DNA from: Kiritimatiellia bacterium
Lineage (GTDB): Bacteria > Verrucomicrobiota > Kiritimatiellia > RFP12 > JAVBOU01
Length of the DNA: 17,752 bases
Direction of reading: 5' to 3'
Assembly: GCA_031550185.1 (NCBI GenBank)
Contig: JAVBOU010000079.1
Span: forward strand, 1-17,752
Positions 1 to 8,960 of this stretch are shown one piece after another. A program made the position numbers and the translations under genes. The notes below the pieces were generated by a model. That model saw nothing but the letters and a program-made list of their open reading frames with translations. It was not told where the DNA came from and did no database searches. Position 1 is the first letter of the stretch. The number at the start of each line of letters is the position of its first letter.

Positions 1-164
1 TTACGCGGCGTACAAAAGTGGTGTCCAAAAGCAATGTGATGGTTGATCGGAGCATCCGTTTGTGGCGCGCTCTACAAACACCCGCTGTTTTCAACGCATT
101 TCAAAAAACTGCACTATCTATCTATAAGTGAACACTCTCAATTTTTTCTTTGCGTTCCTTTGCG

Positions 165-686
165 TCAATCACGAAGCGGTTTGGCGGGACGTTCGGCGGC
201 GTCTTTGCGGCAGGCTTGGAAAAAGGCTTGAAAGTGAGCGAGGCATTCGTCGTGGAGAATGCCGGGAAGGGTCTCGGCCTGGTGGTTGAGATTCGGCTGG
301 TTCAAGATGTTGAGTAATGAGACGCCGCCGCGTTTGGGGTCGGCAATGCCGAAGACGACCAGCGGAATGCGCGCGAGGACAATGGCGCCGGCGCACATGG
401 CGCAGGGTTCTTTGGTGACGTAGAGAATCGTGCCACTCAGCCGCCAATCCTGCTGGTGCGCGGCGGCCTGGGTGATGGCGATCATTTCGGCGTGCGCTGT
501 GGGATCCTTCAGCGTCTCGGTTTGGTTGTGCGCTCGCGCGATGACCTTGGCGGCGGAGGGCAACGCGTGGGGATCGTCCGGCTTGAGGACGATGACGCAA
601 CCGGTTGGGACTTCGCCGCACTGCGCCGCCTTGTCGGCTTCGCGCAAGGCGAGACGCATGAAGTGTTCGTGGAAGGCGGTGTTCAC
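165..686 (-). CDS. tadA: tRNA-specific adenosine deaminase TadA (CDA-fold zinc deaminase). The track start is GTG at 686. An in-frame ATG at 659 is the alternative.
   Basis: Cytidine/deoxycytidylate deaminase zinc motifs are present: HAE (H..E) and PCAMCAG (C-x-x-C). The length and the N-terminal ...HFMRLALREADKA...EVPTGCVIV match TadA. The GTG start abuts the TAA stop of the upstream gene (TAAGTG). Confidence 0.85.
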   Translation of the reverse strand: MNTAFHEHFMRLALREADKAAQCGEVPTGCVIVLKPDDPHALPSAAKVIARAHNQTETLKDPTAHAEMIAITQAAAHQQDWRLSGTILYVTKEPCAMCAGAIVLARIPLVVFGIADPKRGGVSLLNILNQPNLNHQAETLPGILHDECLAHFQAFFQACRKDAAERPAKPLRD

Positions 687-1334
687 TTACATCAACCCGA
701 CGGCCTTGAGCCATGCGACGGCCACGAGCGTGTGTCCGCTGATGGAGGGATGGCAGCCGTCCGGCGTCCAGGACGTCTTTGGGTCGTTGGCGCGGGCGTT
801 GAGCAGCGGCGTGCGCGCGTCGACGTAAACCGCGTTGAAACGCTGTGCGAGCTGCTTCACGGCCTCCGCGTATTCGCCAAGCATGTTGTTCATTGGGGTG
901 TCGGCTTCGGGTGTGATGGTGGTGGGCGAGATGAGGACAATGCGCTCAATGCCCTTGCCGCGCGCCTGGGTGACGAGCGTGTCGAGGTTGGCGGCAAACT
1001 CCTTGAGCGGCACGTGCTTTTGTCCGTTCCATTCGCCGGCGAGACGCCAGACGTCGTTGACGCCGATCTTGATGGAGAGGACGTCGGGCTTGAGCGCGAG
1101 GCAATCGGCGTCCCAGCGTTGGAGCAGCTCGGTGGTACGGTCGCCGCCGTTGCCGCGATTGAGAATGATGGCGTTGAGCTCGGGGTAAAATCCGTGAATC
1201 AAGCCCTTGAGAATGGCGACGTAGCCGTTGCCGAGATTGAACGGATTTTCGCGGTCGCGGCCGGCGTCGGTGATGCTGTCGCCCTGGAACAAAATGCGGT
1301 CGTTGCGGCGGAGAAAGGAAGTTTTCATGCGCAT
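687..1334 (-). CDS. SGNH/GDSL-family hydrolase (lipase/acylesterase-like)
   Basis: An N-terminal block-I GDSIT motif carries the catalytic Ser. The C-terminal DGCHPS block has Asp-x-x-His. The protein is about 215 aa, with its ATG at 1332-1334. Confidence 0.75.
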   Translation of the reverse strand: MRMKTSFLRRNDRILFQGDSITDAGRDRENPFNLGNGYVAILKGLIHGFYPELNAIILNRGNGGDRTTELLQRWDADCLALKPDVLSIKIGVNDVWRLAGEWNGQKHVPLKEFAANLDTLVTQARGKGIERIVLISPTTITPEADTPMNNMLGEYAEAVKQLAQRFNAVYVDARTPLLNARANDPKTSWTPDGCHPSISGHTLVAVAWLKAVGLM

Positions 1335-1361
1335 GAGTTTAGACGGTGCGCGCGGGGGAAG

Positions 1362-2762
1362 TCAACCGTGTTCTGGCGCCGGCGCATACATGAGCACGCG
1401 GAGGTGGCGCTGCTCGTGGAAGAAGCAGACGATGGCCACAGCGAAGGAAAGAAAGTCGGAGACCGGGGCGCTGTACCAGATGCCTTCCACACCGAAAAAT
1501 CGCGGTAAAATCAACAGCGCGGGAAGGAGAAAAATGACCTGGCGCATCAGGCTCATGGTCATGGACATGGCGACCTTGCCGATGGAGAGGAAGTATTGCC
1601 CGGTGGTGATGGAAAAACCGACAACGGGGAAGGCCAGCGTCATGACGCGCAGGTAATGGGGAATGACGGCGTGGAGCTCGGGAAGGCGGTCGGCGGGCGC
1701 GAACAGATTGGCCAAAAGCGGCGCACAGGTCCAGCAGAAGAGGGCGCCGGTGACGCCGATGACAAGGCCGGAAACGAGGGCGAGCTTGAACGTGCGGCGA
1801 ACGCGGTCGTACTGAAGCGCGGCGTAATTGTAGCCGACGATGGGTTGCATGCCCTGGGTGAGTCCGAACATGGGCATGATGAGGAGCATGGTGACGACCT
1901 GGATGGTGCCCATGGCGGCCATCGCGAGGCTGCATTCGGCGGGATCGGCGTAAATGCGGAAGCTGCGGTTGAAGGCGGCGGCGATGAGACTGGCGATGAA
2001 CTGCATGGCGAAGGGCGCGAGGCCGATGCCCATCATGCGCAGGGCCAGCGGCGGATGAATGCGGATGTTTTTCCAGCGGAGGCGTGCCGCACTGCGGGGC
2101 GAAAGAAAGTGCGCGAGAACCCAGACGGTGCTGACAGTCTGGGAAATCGCCGTGGCGACGGCGGCGCCGCGAATGCCCCAGCCGAAAAATTCGGGGAAGA
2201 TGAACAGCGGATCGAGAATGGCGTTGAGTACGGCGCCGATGAGGAGCGTGGCAAGCGCGCGGCCGGGAAAGCCTTCGGCACGCATGGAGTTGTTGAGGCC
2301 GAAGCTGAGGTGCTGGACGATGTTCGTGGCGAGGATGATCTGGAGGTATTGCCTGGCGTATGGGATCATCGCCTCGGTGCCGCCGAGCAAGTGAAGCAGG
2401 TCGTCCATGTAGATGAACGCGATGGGCGGCAGGATGAGATAGAGCGCGATGAAAAGCGCGACCGCCTGGCCAAGACACTTTTCGGCGTCCTCGCGGCTGC
2501 CGCGGCCAAGGCTGAGGGAGATGAGCGTGGCGGTGCCGATGCCAATGAGCATGCCAAAGGCGGTGATGGCGATCATCACGGGGATGGCCAGCGTCATGCC
2601 CGCAATGGCGTCGGCGCCGACAACGCGGCCAATGTACGCGCGGTCGACGACGCTGTACAGCGCGTTGACGACCATGCCGATGATGGACGGTATGGAAAAA
2701 CGGAAGAGCAGCCGGCCCACGCTGTCGCGGCCGAGTTGCTCCGAAGCCTGGTGCATGCTCAC
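1362..2762 (-). CDS. MATE-family multidrug/oligosaccharidyl-lipid efflux transporter (NorM/DinF-like). GTG at 2762 overlaps the upstream stop as GTGA. ATG at 2756 is the alternative.
   Basis: The protein is 466 aa, hydrophobic throughout and about 12 TM helices. It has the two-lobed MATE repeat architecture. The N-terminal cytoplasmic segment is followed by the conserved first-helix pattern ...RLLFRFSIPSIIGMVVNALYSVVD. Confidence 0.8.
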   Translation of the reverse strand: MSMHQASEQLGRDSVGRLLFRFSIPSIIGMVVNALYSVVDRAYIGRVVGADAIAGMTLAIPVMIAITAFGMLIGIGTATLISLSLGRGSREDAEKCLGQAVALFIALYLILPPIAFIYMDDLLHLLGGTEAMIPYARQYLQIILATNIVQHLSFGLNNSMRAEGFPGRALATLLIGAVLNAILDPLFIFPEFFGWGIRGAAVATAISQTVSTVWVLAHFLSPRSAARLRWKNIRIHPPLALRMMGIGLAPFAMQFIASLIAAAFNRSFRIYADPAECSLAMAAMGTIQVVTMLLIMPMFGLTQGMQPIVGYNYAALQYDRVRRTFKLALVSGLVIGVTGALFCWTCAPLLANLFAPADRLPELHAVIPHYLRVMTLAFPVVGFSITTGQYFLSIGKVAMSMTMSLMRQVIFLLPALLILPRFFGVEGIWYSAPVSDFLSFAVAIVCFFHEQRHLRVLMYAPAPEHG

Positions 2763-3754
2763 GCCATCACCGCCGCGCGCGCGCGCGACACCTCATGCTG
2801 CAACAGCTCGCCGCGCGCGTAACGCCCGAGCTCGTCGAGCATTATCCGGCCCATGCGGCGGCACTCGTTGCCCTGCGCGCCCGCGATGTGCGGCGTGCGG
2901 ATGACATTGGGCAGCTTCAGCAACGGTGCGTCGTCTGCGGGATTCTCACGGATCGTCACGTCGAGGATCGCATAAAGATCCTTGCGCGCCGCAAGCACGC
3001 ATGCCATTTCATCCTCGCGGATCACCGCACCGCGCGCCGTGTTGATCAGCACCGCGCCGGGCTTCATCGTCGCCAAATGCGCGCCCGTGATCATGCCGCG
3101 CGTCTCCTCGAGGTTCGGGATGTGCAGCGACACGACGTCGCTGGTGCTGAACACCTCATCGAGCGAGACAAGTGTGACGCCCAGTTTCGCCGCGTCGGCT
3201 TCGGTTGCAAACGGATCGCAGGCAATGATCTTCAGCTCAAAGGGTTTCAGCAACTCGCACACCCGGCGGCCAATCGTGCCCAGCGAAACAAGACCGACGA
3301 CGCTCTCATAACCGCCCGCGATTTTCACGGCGTCAGCGGGCAAAATTCCACGGTACACATCCGCCTGTTGCCAGAAGCGTTTGAGGCCGAGCAAAATCGT
3401 CGCCAGCGTATACTCCGACACCGGCACGCCGTTGGCCACCACCGCGGTCGACACGCGCACGCCCGCCTCCCACATCGCGTCCGTCACGTTTCCACGCACA
3501 GAACCCGCGCCGTACAAAAACATCTTCAACACCGGCGCGTGACGTATAAAGTTCGCATCCAGCAACGGCCCGCCCCACCCCGACAAAATGACCTCGCACT
3601 CCTTCAAAATCGCCGGATTCGCAAGCACGTCTTTCGGCGTCATCGGCGCCGCCAGCGGCTCCATCCAAGTCTCCGCCGCCCGCACGCCCGCCTCCCCGTA
3701 AATTTTTTCCCGCGCCCCCGAATCCAAAACAAACAACCCTTTGACCCGTGTCAT
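2759..3754 (-). CDS. D-isomer-specific 2-hydroxyacid dehydrogenase family, NAD(P)-binding (glycerate/hydroxypyruvate/phosphoglycerate dehydrogenase-like)
   Basis: The Rossmann motif G-L-V-S-L-G-T-I-G-R follows the GxxxxGxxG pattern. The catalytic block ...RTPHIAG carries His, with R/E/H triad positions. The protein is about 331 aa. A good SD (AGGAG) sits 10 nt upstream of the ATG at 3752-3754. Confidence 0.8.
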   Translation of the reverse strand: MTRVKGLFVLDSGAREKIYGEAGVRAAETWMEPLAAPMTPKDVLANPAILKECEVILSGWGGPLLDANFIRHAPVLKMFLYGAGSVRGNVTDAMWEAGVRVSTAVVANGVPVSEYTLATILLGLKRFWQQADVYRGILPADAVKIAGGYESVVGLVSLGTIGRRVCELLKPFELKIIACDPFATEADAAKLGVTLVSLDEVFSTSDVVSLHIPNLEETRGMITGAHLATMKPGAVLINTARGAVIREDEMACVLAARKDLYAILDVTIRENPADDAPLLKLPNVIRTPHIAGAQGNECRRMGRIMLDELGRYARGELLQHEVSRARAAVMA

Positions 3755-3818
3755 GGCATACTCCTGATTGGTAAAACAAGGTGTCTAGGATAATCCAATC
3801 TTTCCCGCGAGGCAAACT

Positions 3819-5399
3819 TTAATACGGCAGTTCGTCGCGGCTTTTCGCGGCCAGGCGCGCGTGCAGCACATATCCCAAAAGCCCCAGCGCGAGATAGATC
3901 CCAAGCAGTCCGCCCAAACCAAACGGCCACTCGACCTCCAGCGCGCCCAATGGCGGCACCGCGAAAAACGTCGCCGCACCACGCATGACGCGCACCAGCG
4001 CGATCATCACATCGTTCACCCAAACCGCGCCCTGATGCCAGACCAACCCCACCGTCAGGCTGACGCCCGCGCAACAGACCACAAGAAACGTCAACGGCAC
4101 GATGACCATGTTCGCCATCATCCCCGCCGGAACAAACTGCCCGAAGATGAACATGCTGATCGGCGTCGCCATCGCCCATGCGGTGAACGAGACCGCGCAG
4201 AGCGAGTGGAATCCAACGCGCAGTTGCTGGCGCCAGGTTCGCGCGACCAGCATCTCCTCCTCACGGTTCTGCATGAGCCACGCAATCGCGCGTTGTGTCA
4301 GGCGCACGAAAACGATCAGCCCCGCGGCCACCGTGAACGACATCCAGAACCCAATGTCCAGCACATTCAGCGGATGCACGCCGATCAACGCGACGGCCGT
4401 TCCCGACACCACAGAGATCGCGCTCACCCGCACGCCAAAGAGCGGTACCAGCCAGTAGACCGTCAGCATCAGACACGCGCGCATCGCGCTCGGCGCCGCG
4501 CCGGTCAGCAACCCGTAACACAAAATTCCCGGAATCAACACAAGCCCCCAGCGGTCGAACCGTAACCGCGTGAAACGCAGCACGCCCATCATCATCGCCA
4601 CCACCATGCCCACCGCCAAACCCGAAACCGCAAAAATGTGCGACGTCCCGGAGTATTTGAAAAATCCCCGCACCGCGCGCGGAATCTCCTCACGCACGCC
4701 CAGCAGCATCGCCCTCACCAGCGCCACCTCCGTCGCGCGTTCCGGTGAGATTCCCCAAGCCAGACGCTCCGCCACATTTCGCCGCACGCGCGCCAATCCG
4801 CGAGCAATTCCCCTGCCCCGTTGGTTCAACCGCGCGGCTTGAGAGAATCCGCCGCTTGCAATCACCAGCGGACGCATCGGACCGGCGTCAAAAAAATAAA
4901 GCCCCCGCGGGTTTGACGTTTCAAAGCGCCACCATTCGCCGGGTTGAAATGCCTCCGCGTCGTGCCTGTTCACATAACAGCGCATCTCCACGCGAGTCGC
5001 CCGCAACGTCCGCCGCGCGCCGTCCGTCCCCGTCACCGTCACATCCCTCAACGTCATCTCAAGGCGCTTGCTTCCACGTTGTGACATTCCCTCCTGCACC
5101 GACGCCACCCAGCCCTCCACCGTCAAAACCTCTTTTTCGCGCGCGTGCAAAAACGCCAGCTCGTCCGCCTTCATCTCCCCGACGCGCGCGCCCAGCGTCA
5201 TCGCGCATGCCAGCACGGCCGTCCAAACCAACGCGGGCATCCACGCGTTGTGGCGAAACTTCGCGTGGCAGAGGCATAGCCCTGCCACAACGATCAAGCA
5301 CAACGCCGCCACCGCATAAACCGGCGAGTGTGGAAAAAGCACGCCCAGTCCGCATCCCATGCACACAATGGTCGCCCAGCCCAGGAGAGGACATTGCAT
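3819..5399 (-). CDS. comEC: ComEC/Rec2-family DNA-internalization channel protein with no C-terminal metallo-beta-lactamase domain. The likely start is ATG at 5399. The track ORF extends to GTG at 5474.
   Basis: An N-terminal DUF4131-like region precedes a polytopic competence domain. The motif ...KYSGTSHIFAVSGLAVGMV is close to the ComEC TGxSHLLAISGLHV block. ATG 5397-5399 has a GGGAG SD 9 nt upstream, and a hydrophobic helix begins right after it. The protein ends at about 526 aa with no MBL motifs (no HxHxDH). Confidence 0.7.
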   Translation of the reverse strand: MQCPLLGWATIVCMGCGLGVLFPHSPVYAVAALCLIVVAGLCLCHAKFRHNAWMPALVWTAVLACAMTLGARVGEMKADELAFLHAREKEVLTVEGWVASVQEGMSQRGSKRLEMTLRDVTVTGTDGARRTLRATRVEMRCYVNRHDAEAFQPGEWWRFETSNPRGLYFFDAGPMRPLVIASGGFSQAARLNQRGRGIARGLARVRRNVAERLAWGISPERATEVALVRAMLLGVREEIPRAVRGFFKYSGTSHIFAVSGLAVGMVVAMMMGVLRFTRLRFDRWGLVLIPGILCYGLLTGAAPSAMRACLMLTVYWLVPLFGVRVSAISVVSGTAVALIGVHPLNVLDIGFWMSFTVAAGLIVFVRLTQRAIAWLMQNREEEMLVARTWRQQLRVGFHSLCAVSFTAWAMATPISMFIFGQFVPAGMMANMVIVPLTFLVVCCAGVSLTVGLVWHQGAVWVNDVMIALVRVMRGAATFFAVPPLGALEVEWPFGLGGLLGIYLALGLLGYVLHARLAAKSRDELPY

Positions 5400-5412
5400 C
5401 CGCCGGTTCTCC

Positions 5413-5811
5413 CTATTCGACGAGCAGCAGGATGTTGCCGCCGCGCGGACGGCGAATGACGACGGGACTGACACTGTTGGTCGATTCGCCCGCGCTGGTG
5501 GTGAGCGCCTGGATCAGGTTGGTGTTGTCGCGCTCCGCCTCGCGACGCGCGACGAAGTTGCCGCCCAGCCAGCCGCCAACGCCGGCGACCAGCAGACAGA
5601 TCACCGAAACATACACCAGCGTGCTGACCGGAATCATCTGGCCGCTGGCGCGCGTGCGCCATTCCGCCTCGGACTGCCAGCGTTCGCGTTCGGCGGCGAG
5701 GCGCTCGCGTTCGAGTTCGATGCGGGCGCGCTCAATCTGAATTTTTTCGCGCTCAAGCTCAAATTCGGTCTTGATGTCGGCAACAGCGTTTTTGGTGAGT
5801 TGTTCGCTCAT
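5413..5811 (-). CDS. Small bitopic membrane protein with an N-terminal charged coiled-coil (ELERE/ERER heptads), one TM helix and a roughly 50-aa C-terminal tail. Function unknown.
   Basis: The ORF is 132 aa. It runs in the same direction as its neighbours. Its stop TAG is embedded in the SD of comEC (TAGGGAGAA, 14 nt from the comEC ATG). The segment IPVSTLVYVSVICLLVAGVGGWLGG is a clear TM helix. No recognisable family. Confidence 0.5.
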   Translation of the reverse strand: MSEQLTKNAVADIKTEFELEREKIQIERARIELERERLAAERERWQSEAEWRTRASGQMIPVSTLVYVSVICLLVAGVGGWLGGNFVARREAERDNTNLIQALTTSAGESTNSVSPVVIRRPRGGNILLLVE

Positions 5812-5826
5812 GTGCGGGCCTTTTCA

Positions 5827-6648
5827 TTATTGCGCGAGACGGACGATAGCGGCGCCGGTGTGTTCCTGGCGTTCGAGGTTGACCATCTTTTGACGCTCCA
5901 TTTCGTTGAGCAAATCCTTGAAGGAACGGAAGCCGTAATCACTCTCGTTGAAACCCGGTTTTTGGCGGCGCAACGTTTGCTTGATCATGGAACCCCAGAT
6001 CGGGTCGTTGTCATCGCGCGTCTCGGTCATGGCGGTCAGCACGGAGAGGACGAGCTGCATGGCCTCCTGGCGGCGCTCCTCCTCGGTGCCGTGAGGCTTG
6101 CGGGCTTTACTGTCGGGCGCGGATGATTTCGGTGGCAGAGGCTCGGTCTTGCCACGGCCACGTTTTTGCGCGCCGTCGAGATCCTCGTAGAAGAGGAAAG
6201 TGTCACAGTTCGAAACGAGAAGCTCGGCGGTGTCGGCGCGAACGCCCACGCCAATGACGAGCTTGCCGTTTTCGCGAAGCTTGCTGACAAGCGGCGAGAA
6301 ATCGGAGTCGCCGCTGATGATGACAAAGGTGTCGATGTTGGACTTGGTGTAGCAGAGATCCATGGCGTCGACGACCATGCGGATGTCGGCGGAATTTTTG
6401 CCGGACATGCGCACGTGGGGAATTTCGATGAGCTCAAAAGACGCCTCGTGCATGTCGGACTTGAAGGCGCGATAACGCTCCCAGTCGCAATATGCACGCT
6501 TGACGATGATGTTGCCGAGGACGAGCAAACGTTCAAGCACGAGGTCGATGTTGAATTTCGGGAGCTCCAAGTGCTGGACGCCGATGGCGATGTTCTCGAA
6601 GTCGCAAAACACGGCCATGTTGGAGGTTTCGTTTTTGTCGCGAGTCAT
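5827..6648 (-). CDS. NYN-domain (LabA/PIN-like) predicted ribonuclease fused to a C-terminal OST-HTH/LOTUS RNA-binding domain
   Basis: The NYN N-terminal signature MAVFCDFENI is followed by conserved acidic residues (D..D, ISGDSDF). The C-terminal ...IKQTLRRQKPGFNESDYGFRSFKDLLNE matches OST-HTH. The ATG at 6646-6648 overlaps the flotillin TGA stop (ATGA). An AGGAA SD is upstream. Confidence 0.75.
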   Translation of the reverse strand: MTRDKNETSNMAVFCDFENIAIGVQHLELPKFNIDLVLERLLVLGNIIVKRAYCDWERYRAFKSDMHEASFELIEIPHVRMSGKNSADIRMVVDAMDLCYTKSNIDTFVIISGDSDFSPLVSKLRENGKLVIGVGVRADTAELLVSNCDTFLFYEDLDGAQKRGRGKTEPLPPKSSAPDSKARKPHGTEEERRQEAMQLVLSVLTAMTETRDDNDPIWGSMIKQTLRRQKPGFNESDYGFRSFKDLLNEMERQKMVNLERQEHTGAAIVRLAQ

Positions 6649-8288
6649 GCCATTTCCTGCTGTTGTGGCTTCTCGTCGTCCTTGATCTTGCCGAGATAAC
6701 TGGGCAGCTCGACGCCGGCCATGGCCGCGACATCTTGGACGGGCGGAAGAGATTTCATGAGGCTGGAAACGAAGTTCGCGGTGGAGGAACCTTTGTCCGC
6801 GTTGCCGGAATCCCAGACCGTAATTTTGTCGATCTTGAGGTTGCTGATGGCTTCGGTTTGACGCGCGACGATGTCCTCGATTTTTTCAATCATGAGCATC
6901 GTGGCAGCGGACTTGGCGTCGCCACCGGCGCTTTCGATAAGCTTGCGGTAACCTTGCGCCTTGCTTTCGAGCAGGGACTGCATGCCCTGCGCTTCGGCCT
7001 GATATTTGAGAAGAACGCCGTCGGCTTCGCCCTTGGCAAGACGGCGGATTTTTTCCGCTTCGGCCTCGGCGTCGATGATCACCTTTTGCTTGTCGATTTC
7101 CTTCTGGGCGACTTCCTCGGCGTTGAGGCGTTCGAGCTCGGCTTTGTACTGCGCCTTTTGGATGGCGATTTCCGCCTCGCGCTTGGCGACTTCGGCGATG
7201 CGCTGGGCTTCGGCGGCGCGGACGGCGAGGCGGGCGTTGGAATCGGCGATTTCAGCGCGCGCTTTGTTTTCGCCGTCGACCGCGGAGGCTTCCTGATCGG
7301 CCACAAAAACGCGCTGCTCGGCAACGGCCTTCTTTTCGCCGTTGATGGCGTTGCGCTCCTGTTCGGCGACAAAGACGCGCTGGTCGGCAATGGCGTGCAT
7401 CTTGCCCTTTTCGGCTTCGGCGAGATTTTGCATGAGGCGGATTTCGCGGAGACGCTTGGCCTCAGCCTCACCGACCATGGCGGAGGTTTCCTGCTCGGCG
7501 ACAAAGACGCGCTGGCCGGCCTCGGCCTGCTTGGTGCCCTTCTGCGCTTCGGCGACGTTTTCAGCGACGCGGACAGTCATCTCGCGGTTGTTTTCAGACT
7601 CGCCGATGGAACCGAGTTTGTTTTGCTGAGCGACGTCGACCTTGGCCTTGTTGATGGCTTCGGAGGCGGCGCGCTTGCCGATGGAGGCGATGTAGTTGGA
7701 TTCGTCGGTGATGTCCGTAATGTTGACGTTGATGAGGTTGAGGCCGATTTTGTTGAGTTCGGGCTCGACGTTTTTGCGGATCTCGACGAGGAAGCTTTCG
7801 CGGTCCTGGTTGATCTGCTCAATGGTGAGCGAGGCGACGGTGAGACGGAGCTGGCCGAAGATGATTTCCTTCGCCATGTCCTCAATCGAGGTGGGCTTGA
7901 GGCCGAGTAGACGCTCGGCGGCGTTGACCATGATCGCGGGCTCGGTGCTGATGCCGACGGTGAAGGTGCTGGGTACGTTGATGCGGATATTTTGGAAAGA
8001 AAGGGCGTTTTGCAGCGGGATGCTGATGGTCATCGGCGTGAGGCTGAGATACGCGTAGTCCTGGATCAGCGGGATGACGAATTTCGCGCCGCCGTGGATG
8101 CAGTGCGCCGAGCGGTCGCCCTGCACCTTGCCGTAAATGACCAGAATGCGATCCGACGGACAGCGCTTGTAAAGGCGCGCGATCATGAGGATCGTGAAGA
8201 AGACGACAAATATCAGCGCAATGCCGGTGGTGACAAACGTCCCGGCGCGCAACGTGGTGGCGGCGATGATGCAGAGGTTCATACTCAT
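6645..8288 (-). CDS. Flotillin-family SPFH/band-7 protein (YqiK/FloT-like) with an EA-rich coiled-coil region
   Basis: The protein is 547 aa. It has an N-terminal TM hairpin and an SPFH core (...GISTEPAIMVNAAERLLG...). A long Ala/Glu-rich coiled coil carries a thrice-repeated QRVFVAEQE unit. It lies next to an NfeD partner gene, the classic yqiJK-type pair. Confidence 0.85.
   Translation of the reverse strand: MSMNLCIIAATTLRAGTFVTTGIALIFVVFFTILMIARLYKRCPSDRILVIYGKVQGDRSAHCIHGGAKFVIPLIQDYAYLSLTPMTISIPLQNALSFQNIRINVPSTFTVGISTEPAIMVNAAERLLGLKPTSIEDMAKEIIFGQLRLTVASLTIEQINQDRESFLVEIRKNVEPELNKIGLNLINVNITDITDESNYIASIGKRAASEAINKAKVDVAQQNKLGSIGESENNREMTVRVAENVAEAQKGTKQAEAGQRVFVAEQETSAMVGEAEAKRLREIRLMQNLAEAEKGKMHAIADQRVFVAEQERNAINGEKKAVAEQRVFVADQEASAVDGENKARAEIADSNARLAVRAAEAQRIAEVAKREAEIAIQKAQYKAELERLNAEEVAQKEIDKQKVIIDAEAEAEKIRRLAKGEADGVLLKYQAEAQGMQSLLESKAQGYRKLIESAGGDAKSAATMLMIEKIEDIVARQTEAISNLKIDKITVWDSGNADKGSSTANFVSSLMKSLPPVQDVAAMAGVELPSYLGKIKDDEKPQQQEMA
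7290..7520. repeat. Intragenic direct repeats inside the flotillin gene, with a roughly 66-nt (22-codon) period and three copies of the core ...GGCGACAAAGACGCGCTG...
   Basis: Nearly identical 25-30-nt strings sit at about 7296, 7362 and 7494. They encode the repeated QRVFVA(E/D)QE peptide of the flotillin EA-repeat coiled coil. Confidence 0.7.
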
Positions 8289-8309
8289 GTTCCTTTCGTG
8301 GTTAAAAAA

Positions 8310-8870
8310 TCAAACGCGTTCGACAACCAGCACGTCCTCCGTGCCGACAACCTTCACCGGGTCGCCCGTCTTGAGCGTCACCGCGGGATCCTGCGCGCGC
8401 GCGTCAAACACCTTCAACGCGCCGCGCACCGTCAGTTGCACCTTGCCGATTTCACCCGGCCGGATCGCCAGATACACCGAACCCGCCGCGCCCACCGCGT
8501 TCGCCGGATAAATCGTGCCGTCGCTTTGCAACTTGCGGGAGGATTGAAAAATCTTCGCGATGATGGCCATCGTCACCAACCCCACGCCAAACCCCGTCGC
8601 GCCCGCCACCCACGGCTCACCCTGCTGGTTGTGAAGCATGAGAAATCCCACCAGCCCGAACATCAGCGCAAACGCCGTGAGGCTGTGGACGGAAATCATC
8701 TTAAAGTCATGCACCGGCGAACCGTCGCTGTCGGCGATTGCGTCGCCCGCGTCGTGGCTCTCCCCGCCCAAACCGATCAGCATCATGAGCGACCGCAACA
8801 CGAACAACCCGCCGCCGACAATGGCGCAGCCCAGGTAAAAAAGCTCCATGTTCGAAAGTTTGCTCAACAT
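8310..8870 (-). CDS. NfeD-family (YqiJ-like) membrane protein, the partner of flotillin. The likely start is ATG at 8870. The track ORF extends to 8951.
   Basis: An N-terminal polytopic segment (LFYLGCAIVGGGLFVL.., FALMFGLVGFLML..) precedes a C-terminal soluble beta-rich/OB-like domain (..GSVYLAIRPGEIGKVQLTVRGALKVF..GDPVKVVG), typical of NfeD. ATG 8868-8870 has a GGGGAA SD 4-9 nt upstream. The ORF stops 21 nt before the flotillin start. Confidence 0.75.
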   Translation of the reverse strand: MLSKLSNMELFYLGCAIVGGGLFVLRSLMMLIGLGGESHDAGDAIADSDGSPVHDFKMISVHSLTAFALMFGLVGFLMLHNQQGEPWVAGATGFGVGLVTMAIIAKIFQSSRKLQSDGTIYPANAVGAAGSVYLAIRPGEIGKVQLTVRGALKVFDARAQDPAVTLKTGDPVKVVGTEDVLVVERV

Positions 8871-8960
8871 AGCATTCCCCTTCTTGTTGGTGGTTGACGC
8901 ATACCGCTGCTCGTGTGGCGCATTATACAGGGAAACAACGACGCAACGCAAGGTCGGGAA

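Noticed and set aside
43-231. A 62-aa plus-strand ORF at the window start
   Set aside because: It overlaps the 3' end of tadA on the opposite strand. It is short, has no SD, and its composition is typical of a chance frame.
456-1508. A long plus-strand ORF of 350 aa. Similar long plus-strand ORFs occur at 1596-2822, 2795-3793, 6663-7910, 9465-10574, 10584-12101 and 15614-17575, all antisense to the called genes.
   Set aside because: These are GC-rich shadow frames. The translations are low-complexity and rich in Arg/Gly/Ala/His/Asp, with no domain signatures. In each case the opposite strand carries an unmistakable conserved protein (LeuRS, MATE, flotillin, the P-type ATPase).
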